Source: Candidatus Scatocola faecigallinarum (GTDB taxonomy: Bacteria > Pseudomonadota > Alphaproteobacteria > RF32 > CAG-239). From it: a stretch of DNA of 64,000 nt. Shown here piece by piece: positions 1 to 8,443 of this stretch. The notes under the pieces were generated by a model. That model was given only the letters and a program-made list of their open reading frames with translations. It was not told the origin of the DNA and did no database searches. Position 1 is the stretch's first letter. Each line of letters starts with the position of its first letter. A program made the position numbers and the translations under genes. The stretch covers positions 14,268 through 78,267 of the forward strand of contig DVOM01000036.1 in NCBI GenBank assembly GCA_018713605.1. The letters run 5' to 3'.

Positions 1-1317
1 AAAATTGAATATACAGCCTTGGAAAATCTTAACCCTTATAAAGGAAATCCTAAGGTTCATGACGAGAAACAAATTCAGCAAATTGCTAAATCGATTGAAA
101 GATTTGGTTTTAATAATCCCATTTTGATTGATGAAAAATCAGAGGTAATTGCCGGTCATGGTCGTCTGTTGGCCGCAAGACTATTAAAACTGGAAACAGT
201 TCCGGTGGTTCGTCTTATACATCTTTCTGAAGCAGAAAAACGGGCTTATCGCATAGCGGACAATAAATTATCGGAGAATGGTCGATGGGATACGGATTTG
301 TTAAAGCTTGAATTTTCAGAAATTGAGAAACTGGCTCTAAATCTTGAAGACGAATTGAATCTTGATATTACCGGATTTGATTTCAAGGAAATAGACATTC
401 TTCTGGTTAAAGACAAGCCTAACGAAAAAGCGGATGAAAAACTTAATTCCGTTCCGTATGTGCCGGAAAATGAAATAGTCAGTCAACACGGCGATGTTTG
501 GCTTCTAGGAAAACACAAAATTATTTGCGGAGATTCGTTAAAAGAAGAAACATACCAGCGTTTGTTTGAAGACGTTAAAGCCAATATGGTCTTTACTGAC
601 CCGCCATTTAATGTGAAAATTCAAGGACATGTTTGCGGTGCTGGTCAGACAAAACATAACGAGTTTGCTTTTGCTTCCGGTGAGATGAATGAGGCCGAAT
701 TTATTTCGTTTTTGAAAACATCAATAGCGAATACAGCCAAATATTCTGCTGAAAATTCCATTCATTATGTTTGCATGGATTGGCGGCATATATACGAGCT
801 TCTTTCAGCGGCGAGGGATATCTATCCAAAAATGCTGAATATGGTGGTTTGGTGTAAGAAAAACGGCGGGATGGGAAGTTTTTACCGATCTCAGCATGAG
901 CTGATTTTCGTTTTTCAGAATGGCAAAGGTTCTCATGTTAATAATGTGGAATTAGGCAAACATGGGCGCTATCGAACGAATGTCTGGCATTATGCCGGCG
1001 TTAACAGTTTTGGTTCCGAACAGAAAAATCTCAAAATGCATCCAACCGTTAAACCTGTGGAATTAGTCCGCGATGCGATTTTGGATGCTTCTAAACGCGG
1101 CGATATTGTGCTGGACGCGTTTCTCGGCAGCGGAACAACGCTGATTGCGGTAGAAAAAGCTGGGCGTGTTTGTTATGGAATCGAATATGAGCCTTTGTAT
1201 ATCGACACGATTATCCGCCGATACCATGAACTGACCGGGAATTGGGCCATTCATCAAAGCTCGCAAAAATCATATGAACAATTACTGCAAGAAAAATTGG
1301 AGAAAAACAATGAGTGA
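1..1317 (+). CDS. ParB-like nuclease domain fused to a DNA N6-adenine/N4-cytosine methyltransferase; 5' end runs off the window
   Basis: The frame is open from base 1 (KIEYTALENLNPYKGNPKVH...), so the TTG at 19 is probably internal. N-terminal ParB/sulfiredoxin-like block (NPILIDEKSEVIAGHGRLLAA). Methylase catalytic motif 'FTDPPFN' and SAM-binding 'VLDAFLGSGTT'. This architecture is typical of phage or prophage orphan methylases. Confidence 0.85.
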   Translation, partial: KIEYTALENLNPYKGNPKVHDEKQIQQIAKSIERFGFNNPILIDEKSEVIAGHGRLLAARLLKLETVPVVRLIHLSEAEKRAYRIADNKLSENGRWDTDLLKLEFSEIEKLALNLEDELNLDITGFDFKEIDILLVKDKPNEKADEKLNSVPYVPENEIVSQHGDVWLLGKHKIICGDSLKEETYQRLFEDVKANMVFTDPPFNVKIQGHVCGAGQTKHNEFAFASGEMNEAEFISFLKTSIANTAKYSAENSIHYVCMDWRHIYELLSAARDIYPKMLNMVVWCKKNGGMGSFYRSQHELIFVFQNGKGSHVNNVELGKHGRYRTNVWHYAGVNSFGSEQKNLKMHPTVKPVELVRDAILDASKRGDIVLDAFLGSGTTLIAVEKAGRVCYGIEYEPLYIDTIIRRYHELTGNWAIHQSSQKSYEQLLQEKLEKNNE

Positions 1318-1681
1318 AAGCGGTTATAAAAACCCGCCCAAACATTCGCAATTTCCGAAAGGGTGTTCGGGTAATCCTGCCGGGAGACCGAAAGGAAGCA
1401 AAAACACGCTGAAACTTCTGGATGCTGTTTTGGAACAGAAAATCAAAATCCAGCAAGAGGGCAAAACCATCAGCATTACCAAAAAGCAGGCGATGCTGAT
1501 GCAATTGGTCAATGCTGCGGTAAAAGGCGAGATTAAGGCCATTGCGGCACTTTTCCCGTATATGATGCAGCTAGACATGAAAGAAGAACAATCCTTAGAA
1601 ACAAGCAAATTATCTCTAAAAGATGAGGAAATTTTACAACAATTTTTAGAAGAAAATAAACAGGAGAGTAAAAATGACTGA
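1310..1681 (+). CDS. DUF5681-like phage protein (the kind usually found just upstream of the large terminase; possible small-terminase role)
   Basis: 'MSESGYKNPPKHSQFPKGCSGNPAGRPKGSKN' matches the Gly/Pro/Lys-rich N-terminus I recall for DUF5681 proteins. The ATG at 1310 overlaps the methylase stop (1315-1317), and its own stop overlaps the terminase ATG at 1674. Confidence 0.6.
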   Translation: MSESGYKNPPKHSQFPKGCSGNPAGRPKGSKNTLKLLDAVLEQKIKIQQEGKTISITKKQAMLMQLVNAAVKGEIKAIAALFPYMMQLDMKEEQSLETSKLSLKDEEILQQFLEENKQESKND

Positions 1682-3239
1682 TAAAAATCAGGTTAAAAAT
1701 GCGATATTACGCAAAAGTTTTTCAAGCTTTGTATAGAAATGTTTTTATGAATTAAATCCTTCGGAGACATTTATAAAAGGCGCGTATATAGACTTATTAT
1801 GCGATCAAATCCAAAATATGATAGAGGGAAAAAATCAGAAACTGATAATCAATCTTCCCCCAAGATATTTAAAATCGGTTATATGTTCTATAGCTTTGCC
1901 CGCGTTTATTTTGGGGCATAATCCATCGACTAAAATTATGTGCATCAGCTATGGCGAGGAGTTGGCTTCCAAATTAGCGGCTGATTGTAAGAGCGTTATG
2001 GAGGCGGACTGGTATAAAGCGCTTTTTCCTGAGACGAGAATCCGGACAGATAAAAAATCTGTTATGGATTTTGAAACGACAAAACACGGCGGACGGTTTG
2101 CAACGACAATTTCAGGAGCAGTCACAGGCCGCGGCGCAGACTGGATTATTATAGATGATCCGCTAAAACCGGCTGATGCCCTTTCAGACGTGGTTAGGGA
2201 AAAAATTAATGAACTCTATGGAAATACTGTCAGTTCCAGACTGAATGATAAAAATACCGGGAGAATACTTGTAGTCATGCAGCGTTTGCATGCGCATGAT
2301 TTATCCGGTTTTTTGTTTGAGAACGATCCTGATTTTAAGTCTATCGTCTTGCCGCTAATTGCTGAAAAAGATGAAAAATGGCAAATAAAAAATCGTATTA
2401 CCAAAACGATAACGACATATGAGCGGAAAAAAGGAGAATTGCTGCATCCGGAACGCGAAGGCGAAAAAGTTGTAAACAGTTATCGCAATTCGATGAGCCC
2501 TTTTGTATTTTCTGCGCAGTATCAGCAGAATCCAATGCCTATCGGCAGCGGAATGATCAAACAGGAGTGGATGAAGTATTATCAAGCACTGCCATCAAGA
2601 TTAGATAAAATTATTTTATCGTGGGATACAGCGGCTAAGGCTATGGAAAATAATGCTTATTCTGCCTGCGCGGTTGTCGGAATCGGAAATGAAAATGGTC
2701 AGAAATATTATCTGATAGAGGTGTTTCGCGGCAGACTTAATTTTCCTGAATTAACAAAAAAGGTTCAAGAAATGTCTGATAAATATGAAAGAATTGCGCA
2801 GGGGCGGACTATAACTTTGATTGAAGACGCCTCATCCGGAACTTCTTTATATCAAACGTTGAAAGGCAGAATTGCAAGCCTGAAGTCTGTTTTTTGCAAA
2901 GGTTCTAAGGAGCAGCGCTTTAATATTGTCGCGTTAAAAACCGAGCAAGGGGACTTGTTGTTTCCGGGAAAATATGAATCCTGGTTCACAAATTTTGAAG
3001 ATGAGTTCTTAACTTTTCCGAATTCTTTATTCAAGGATCAATGTGACGCATTGAGCCAAGCCCTGAATTATGGTTTGGAAAATTATAATCAGGTTTCGCA
3101 AAATATGCCGTTGGCCGCCCGCGTGGATACGATGTGCGGTATGGGCGGTTATAATACCGGCATAGAGGAACTCTATAGCATGAATAATATACCATATAAA
3201 TCTAATGGAGGCTATGCTTGGTGGAATGGTAAATCTTAA
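1674..3239 (+). pseudogene. terL: Phage terminase large subunit interrupted by an in-frame TAG at 1734-1736 (the uninterrupted ORF is 1818..3239)
   Basis: Walker-B-like 'DWIIIDDPLKP' and the nuclease-half motif 'ILSWDTA'. The sequence upstream of the listed ORF, in the same frame, reads MTDKNQVKNAILRKSFSSFV*KCFYELNPSETFIKGAYIDLLCDQIQNMIEGKNQKLIINLPPRYLKS. This is the conserved terminase N-terminus broken by one TAG. Confidence 0.8.
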
Positions 3240-3245
3240 GACGTT

Positions 3246-3578
3246 TTACTTGGCGATTATTTCAAAATTGTCAATCAGCTTTAGCAGAGATTCCTTTTGA
3301 GAATCAGTCATAAGGTTGAGTTTGCGGATGATTTTGTCTTTCACGTCCTGCTGCGATATATCTTCTTTCAAATCTTTGGTAATATCAATGTCCAAAGCGA
3401 AAAGCAGTTTGTACAGCGAGTAGGAGCGCGGATTTTGCTTTTGATTCTCAATTAAGTTAATAGACGAATAATCCATACCGCTCAGCTCGGACAATTTTTC
3501 ACTGGAAATTTTGCCGGCTAATCGTCTTTTTCGAATAGAATCGCTGATAAGCCTTAAAAACTCTTTTTCATTAAGCAT
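3246..3578 (-). CDS. XRE-family helix-turn-helix transcriptional regulator (CI-like, no peptidase domain)
   Basis: HTH_3-like segment 'KISSEKLSELSGMDYSSINLIENQKQNP'. It is divergent from the 3700-6503 operon across an AT-rich region with promoter-like hexamers. Confidence 0.75.
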   Translation of the reverse strand: MLNEKEFLRLISDSIRKRRLAGKISSEKLSELSGMDYSSINLIENQKQNPRSYSLYKLLFALDIDITKDLKEDISQQDVKDKIIRKLNLMTDSQKESLLKLIDNFEIIAK

Positions 3579-3699
3579 GCTTCACCCCTTAAAAATATAT
3601 TGGGATGATACAATAGCTTTTTTGATAAAAGTATTGCGATAAAACAATATAATTTTATTGACTAAACAAAATAATTAAATCAACATAAGGAGAAAGAAA

Positions 3700-3993
3700 A
3701 TGGCGTTAGTTTACGTTACGGACATTGAATATCAGGCAGATATAAAAGTATTTGCCGTTAATGAGAGGTATCAGGCTGATTTATGTTTTTTCGAGGTTGA
3801 TCGAGATTACAAGGCCAATACGGAGGCAAAATGGTTTTTTGAAGATAAGGACTATAAAGCGACGGTTAAAATATATTGGGTTGAACATGAGTATCAGGCA
3901 GATCTTAAAGTCTTCCGTGTTACGCAGGAACACCTAGCCGGTTGGCAAAAGAGCCACCGTTTGATTACGAGATTGGGAAAATACACATATTAA
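3700..3993 (+). CDS. Small internally repetitive protein ((E/D)Y(Q/K)A(D/N/T)-type repeats; DUF6150-like from memory)
   Basis: Five roughly 13-aa repeats: DIEYQADIKVFAV / NERYQADLCFFEV / DRDYKANTEAKWFFE / DKDYKATVKIYWV / EHEYQADLKVFRV. A strong RBS (AAGGAGAAAG) lies just upstream of the ATG. Confidence 0.6.
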   Translation: MALVYVTDIEYQADIKVFAVNERYQADLCFFEVDRDYKANTEAKWFFEDKDYKATVKIYWVEHEYQADLKVFRVTQEHLAGWQKSHRLITRLGKYTY

Positions 3994-4005
3994 AGGAGAT
4001 AAAAA

Positions 4006-4254
4006 ATGACAGAGGAAGTTAAAAAAGAAACCCCAAAAACAAAATTGCCCGGCTTGCCGCCGTTGGCTGCGTTTATTTATGCGGTTCTCATTTTTATTAT
4101 GACCATGGGGTACCTTAAGGTATTTCTTATCATGGGTTTAAGGATGAATCCTGATGAAGCCGGAATATTGTCATTTTTTGCGGGAGCCTTTTTTGCCTAT
4201 ATCGGCAACAAAGGAGTTAGAGCCATGTTTAAGTTGAGAGAACTGTTGAAATAA
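4006..4254 (+). CDS. Small membrane protein (two predicted TM helices)
   Basis: Hydrophobic stretches LPPLAAFIYAVLIFIMTMGYL and ILSFFAGAFFAYIG. RBS AAGGAG upstream. Tightly packed within the operon. Confidence 0.5.
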   Translation: MTEEVKKETPKTKLPGLPPLAAFIYAVLIFIMTMGYLKVFLIMGLRMNPDEAGILSFFAGAFFAYIGNKGVRAMFKLRELLK

Positions 4255-4257
4255 AGG

Positions 4258-5079
4258 ATGCAGATTATGGTTAGGATATTACGCGCGGCAACTTGGAACT
4301 TTGGCTACGGTTCTGTTGGTTCACCCAGCAAGAATAACAAGACGAAAGTTCAAAAAGCCCTTGAATATCTGCGGAAAAATAATGTGGATATTGTTTTGGC
4401 GCAGGAAATTTTTGAACCAAGCGAGTTGCGGCGTCTTTATCCTAACCAGATTTATTCTGACATTCCCGTTTATAATCCGCAGGGGCAAGGATTATGGGGC
4501 GCGATGGATTTTTCGATCGATACACGCAATAACAATAGCCGCCCTAAATGGGGAACGGCGATATTGGCTGCCGAGAATGTCAATTTGAACAAAATTGAGT
4601 TAAAATATAGCACGGCCTATCCGGGAAGCATGACTGTTGCACAGATTGCAGGAATGGACATTGCCGTTATTTCCATGTATGGCAAAAATGTCTGCGATTA
4701 TGATAAAGTAACGGCTTTTTCGTATCTGGCCAATCTGCATCGCTGTTTATCCGATACTGCGCCGCTGCTGGACGGTTTTTCTTCTGCCAAAAGATTTATT
4801 ATTGCCGGCGATTGGAATGCCGGGCCGCAATGGGATAAGGAGAAGTCGCGCAAGAATTTTAACTTTTTTGAGCGGTTAGCAACCTTTGATCTTAAGGATT
4901 GTTTGAGGCATTTTCCTGACGGCGGTTATGAAACAACATTTAAACATAACGGGAATCGACAGATAGACTGGATGTTTGCCAGCCAGACGTTTACCGCCCA
5001 TAATCCGCATGTTGATTATGCGGCGGAGATTGAGGATTTGTCTGATCATTACCCGATAATTGCGGAATTTGAGATATGA
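4258..5079 (+). CDS. Endonuclease/exonuclease/phosphatase (EEP) family protein
   Basis: 'ATWNFG' near the N-terminus, 'IAGDWNAG', and the C-terminal 'SDHYPIIAEFEI'. These are the characteristic EEP (DNase I / AP-endonuclease fold) catalytic blocks. No signal peptide. Confidence 0.8.
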   Translation: MQIMVRILRAATWNFGYGSVGSPSKNNKTKVQKALEYLRKNNVDIVLAQEIFEPSELRRLYPNQIYSDIPVYNPQGQGLWGAMDFSIDTRNNNSRPKWGTAILAAENVNLNKIELKYSTAYPGSMTVAQIAGMDIAVISMYGKNVCDYDKVTAFSYLANLHRCLSDTAPLLDGFSSAKRFIIAGDWNAGPQWDKEKSRKNFNFFERLATFDLKDCLRHFPDGGYETTFKHNGNRQIDWMFASQTFTAHNPHVDYAAEIEDLSDHYPIIAEFEI

Positions 5080-5507
5080 AAAAGGGTAATGTAATGTTTT
5101 GGAAATTCTTATTTTTAGGCTTTATTGTATGTTTTTCTGTTCAAGCACAGGAAAAAGCCAATAGTACCAGCGAACAAAATGATTATGGTATCTTTATTAT
5201 CGGTGTTGCGATTTATTTACTTTTTAAAGCAGTGGGGGTTATCTGGCATTATCGCTGTCCGAAATGCAAAAAATGGTGGGTAATGCGACAGGAAAAGAAA
5301 GAACTGCTGAATACGGATGTTATGACCGAATCCAGAAAAGAAGAAATAAAAGACAATAACGGAAATGTGCTGCGGGTAGAGGAAGTAAAGGTTCCTGTAT
5401 TGGTTCATCATTATGAAATTTGGCGAAAATGTAAGCATTGCGGACATCTTGTTAAGATTTTTGAAGACGAGAAGGAAGAAAAATATAACAGAACAACGCT
5501 TAAATAA
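5076..5507 (+). CDS. Membrane-anchored zinc-ribbon protein
   Basis: N-terminal signal/TM segment plus a second TM segment, then two CxxC pairs (CPKCKKWW ... CKHCGH). The start overlaps the stop of the EEP gene (ATGA). Confidence 0.5.
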   Translation: MKKGNVMFWKFLFLGFIVCFSVQAQEKANSTSEQNDYGIFIIGVAIYLLFKAVGVIWHYRCPKCKKWWVMRQEKKELLNTDVMTESRKEEIKDNNGNVLRVEEVKVPVLVHHYEIWRKCKHCGHLVKIFEDEKEEKYNRTTLK

Positions 5508-5522
5508 TGAGAGGAAACAGAT

Positions 5523-6503
5523 ATGCGGAAAATTAGTTGGCTGGCGATTTTGTTGATAGGCGGATGTACTCTGATAGTAGAACAGAGTAATCTTGTTTCC
5601 TTAAATGATTCTTCAGAATTCCGCCTTCTGAATGAACAGGTATTCATACGCTCGTGCCGTCAGCTTAAGGAAGAAAGTTATGATATTTTCTATGCGGCGG
5701 AAAATCAAAAATGTCTGGAAGAGAATGCCAAGCAAATGCAAAAGCTGTCCGAACAGATTGAGCAGACGAATGATTTAATTAAGAAAGAGAAACTTCTTGA
5801 TGATGTATTGGTAAGTTCTGAAAAGTTTGATGCCTGTAAAATATCTAAGGGGTTAACTGTTGCCGGTTTTGCTGAACAATCTAATGATAGCGCTGTTACA
5901 TACTGGAAGCGTGATAAAATAATCGCTTATTTTACCCAAGTCTATCAGATTTGTGAAAACGGAGAATATTTTGATAAGAATGACGGAAACCGTATTGTTG
6001 CGGATTATCAAACTGTGGCGCGGCAAAAAGAGAAAAATACGCCGAAGATAGAAAAATTTAAGGAATTAAAAAGCGAAATTTCCTCTCAAAATCAGATGAA
6101 TAAAAAGATTGCGGCGCTTTTAGTCGAGGACAATCCGATTATAAGAAAAATGCAACAGGCGGCTCCGGATTTTATGCGGGTAAAGGTTAATAAATGTCCG
6201 ATTATCTTTTTTGTCCAGTTTCTTATAGAAGATGCGGCAAAGTTTAATTCTGATTTTGCCTTTACTGACAACTATCAGTTTATGAAAAAAGGCGCAGACA
6301 CGCTTGTTTTGACTGTCGGCGATATTGAATATACTTTCCTGAAAAAAGGAAAAAACAGCGCGGATGTCATCGTTGTCAAAGATGTTGACCAATGGGGCAA
6401 TCAAATAATCAATAAAAGCACTATTCTAAATAACATTGATGTTTCCTCATCGTGCTGGGGGTATGTGAGACATCGAGGAAGAGCAAATTATAATTTCTAT
6501 TAG
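5523..6503 (+). CDS. Putative lipoprotein, function unknown
   Basis: Lipobox-like 'AILLIGGC' at the N-terminus. Last gene of the 3700-6503 co-directional cluster. Confidence 0.5.
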   Translation: MRKISWLAILLIGGCTLIVEQSNLVSLNDSSEFRLLNEQVFIRSCRQLKEESYDIFYAAENQKCLEENAKQMQKLSEQIEQTNDLIKKEKLLDDVLVSSEKFDACKISKGLTVAGFAEQSNDSAVTYWKRDKIIAYFTQVYQICENGEYFDKNDGNRIVADYQTVARQKEKNTPKIEKFKELKSEISSQNQMNKKIAALLVEDNPIIRKMQQAAPDFMRVKVNKCPIIFFVQFLIEDAAKFNSDFAFTDNYQFMKKGADTLVLTVGDIEYTFLKKGKNSADVIVVKDVDQWGNQIINKSTILNNIDVSSSCWGYVRHRGRANYNFY

Positions 6504-6931
6504 TGCCTTCCCAAAAAGATATTTGGTGATAAAATTTAATTTTATTACTGTGAAAACATATATGTTTTTTTGTAAATTAGAAACCTTATCAATTTATTGC
6601 AATATTAAACAGTTTTTTGTATTTATTTAATAAATCCTGACAATCATCATCACAAATATCTGCATTTAGCTTTTTTTACTTCTAATTAATGTGTCTTTTG
6701 GCATCATGGATGATTTCTTTCTATGTTACAGTCTGTAATATAATTTCCATTGAATTTTTCTTCTAGGTATCCTTCTTGGGTAAATTTGGATCTAATAATA
6801 TTTGAAATTTGACTAGAGGGCAAACAATATTGTTATAAACAATCCTCCATTTCTCTGAATATGCTCTCTTATTATAATCTTGTTTTCATATTATTAATTT
6901 AAAATACTTTCAAAACTAATTTTTTAACGTA

Positions 6932-6977
6932 TTGACATTGAAATAAAAAACATATATTAATTTACCAAATAGGTAAA
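6932..6977 (+). promoter_or_regulatory. Predicted sigma70-type promoter plus inverted-repeat operator of the higB-like operon
   Basis: TTGACA (6932-6937), a 17-nt spacer, TATTAA (6955-6960), then the inverted repeat TTTACC-aaata-GGTAAA (6961-6977). This all lies 20 nt upstream of the GTG at 6997. Confidence 0.5.
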
Positions 6978-6996
6978 TTTTAAGAGAATAACTATA

Positions 6997-7320
6997 GTGA
7001 AATTAATAATAGATAATGGACGCTTAATAAAGCAATTAAGCGATGAGAAGAACTCAAAAAAGGCTTTTGGGGAATTGTCTGACTCTGTATATAGGAGAAT
7101 CCAATATCTAGAAGCAGCAGAAACTCTTGCAGATGTTTCGCATCTTCCTCCTCATAGAAGACATGTATTGACGGGGAAATATAAAGGGTGCTTTGCAATT
7201 TGTGTTGACAAGCGGCTTAGAATAATTTTTAAGCCAAACGAGGATGGTAATAACGATATTTCAAATTTATCCAACATAAGAGAAGTATGCATAATTGCAA
7301 TTGAGGACTATCATGACTGA
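6997..7320 (+). CDS. higB: HigB-family (COG3549 'killer protein') type II toxin
   Basis: The overall pattern and the C-terminal '...IIAIEDYHD' parallel Proteus vulgaris HigB (...LNYEDYH). 'HVLTGKYKGCFAICVDKRLRIIF' corresponds to 'HPLKGDREGYWSITVRANWRITF'. Confidence 0.75.
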   Translation: MKLIIDNGRLIKQLSDEKNSKKAFGELSDSVYRRIQYLEAAETLADVSHLPPHRRHVLTGKYKGCFAICVDKRLRIIFKPNEDGNNDISNLSNIREVCIIAIEDYHD

Positions 7321-8443
7321 GATGGAAAAGAAAATGAGCAACAACCCAAAAATTATATATGAAGGTATTCCATATTTTCATCCAGGACTGTTATTGAAGG
7401 AAATCTTGGAGGCTAGAGGTATTGAGCAAAAAGATTTTGCACAAAGAACGGGATTTACAGAAAAACATATATCCTATGTATTAACCGGTAAATCAGATAT
7501 TACTCCATCTTTTGCTGAAAAATTGGCGATAACCTTAGAAGAATCTGCTAATACGTGGATGAATTTGCAGTCTAAATTTGATGTAATAAAAAAAGAAGTC
7601 GAGTTAGCGGAAGAATTAAAAGATCATGTTAAATTGCTTAAAGATTTTCCTATCAAGGATATGGTAAAGAATAGGTTAATTGCTCCAGTAAAAGAGCCAT
7701 GGAAACAAGTAAGAGAGCTTATGTCGTTTTTTGCTGTGGGAGACATAACAAAACTAAAACAATTTTCAATTAACAACTACTCTGTTAGATATAGGGCATT
7801 AAATACAGGCGAAACATCCGAAGCTAAAGCTGTTCTATTTAGATGGGGAGAGAAGATTGCTATTGGACGAGAAACTCCACCACCCTATAAAAAAGAACTA
7901 TTAGAACAGGCTGTAATAAATATTCGGAATAACATGTTATTATCTTTCGCAGACGCCTTAGAGTATATAAAAGAAGAACTTAAAAAAGCAGGTGTTATAT
8001 TCATATTTACCCCAAAAATTAGCAATGCACCTGCTTCCGGATATAGTTATAGGTATAAAAGTAATCCTGTTATTCTTATAACCTACCGAAATCGGCAAAT
8101 TGATACTTTTTGGTTTTCTTTATTCCATGAAATATATCATATATTAAATGGTGATCTTGATATGGAAGAAAGTAAAGAAATGGAAATTGCTGCAAATAAG
8201 TATGCAAAAAATACTATTATTCCTTTAAAAGATTGGGTTCTTTTCTGGGCTGGCAATTCCAGGAATATTACAGAAGAAAAGATATTAACTTTATCGTCTA
8301 AGTTTAATGTTCCTAAAGCAAGTATTATAGGACGGCTTCAGGTGGAAAAATTTATTAAACAATGTGATTTTTTATACTTAAAAGAAAAAATGGATATTAA
8401 AACATTTGATGGAATAATATTTGAAGAGGAGAATATTTTATGA
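7313..8443 (+). CDS. HigA-type HTH antitoxin fused to an ImmA/IrrE (COG2856) zinc metallopeptidase domain
   Basis: N-terminus 'FHPGLLLKEILEARGIEQKDFAQRTGFTEKHISYVLTGKSDITPSFAEKLAITLEESANTWMNLQ' is a HigA (COG3093) signature. The C-terminal half carries the HExxH motif 'LFHEIYHILNGD'. The ATG at 7313 overlaps the higB stop. Confidence 0.8.
   Translation: MTEMEKKMSNNPKIIYEGIPYFHPGLLLKEILEARGIEQKDFAQRTGFTEKHISYVLTGKSDITPSFAEKLAITLEESANTWMNLQSKFDVIKKEVELAEELKDHVKLLKDFPIKDMVKNRLIAPVKEPWKQVRELMSFFAVGDITKLKQFSINNYSVRYRALNTGETSEAKAVLFRWGEKIAIGRETPPPYKKELLEQAVINIRNNMLLSFADALEYIKEELKKAGVIFIFTPKISNAPASGYSYRYKSNPVILITYRNRQIDTFWFSLFHEIYHILNGDLDMEESKEMEIAANKYAKNTIIPLKDWVLFWAGNSRNITEEKILTLSSKFNVPKASIIGRLQVEKFIKQCDFLYLKEKMDIKTFDGIIFEEENIL

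Noticed and set aside
1734-1736. TAG in the terminase as programmed recoding or an alternative genetic code.
   Set aside because: TAG is used as an ordinary stop elsewhere in the window, both in the island (the gene ending at 6503) and in the core (leuS at 27646, rpmH). A simple nonsense mutation or a sequencing error is more parsimonious.
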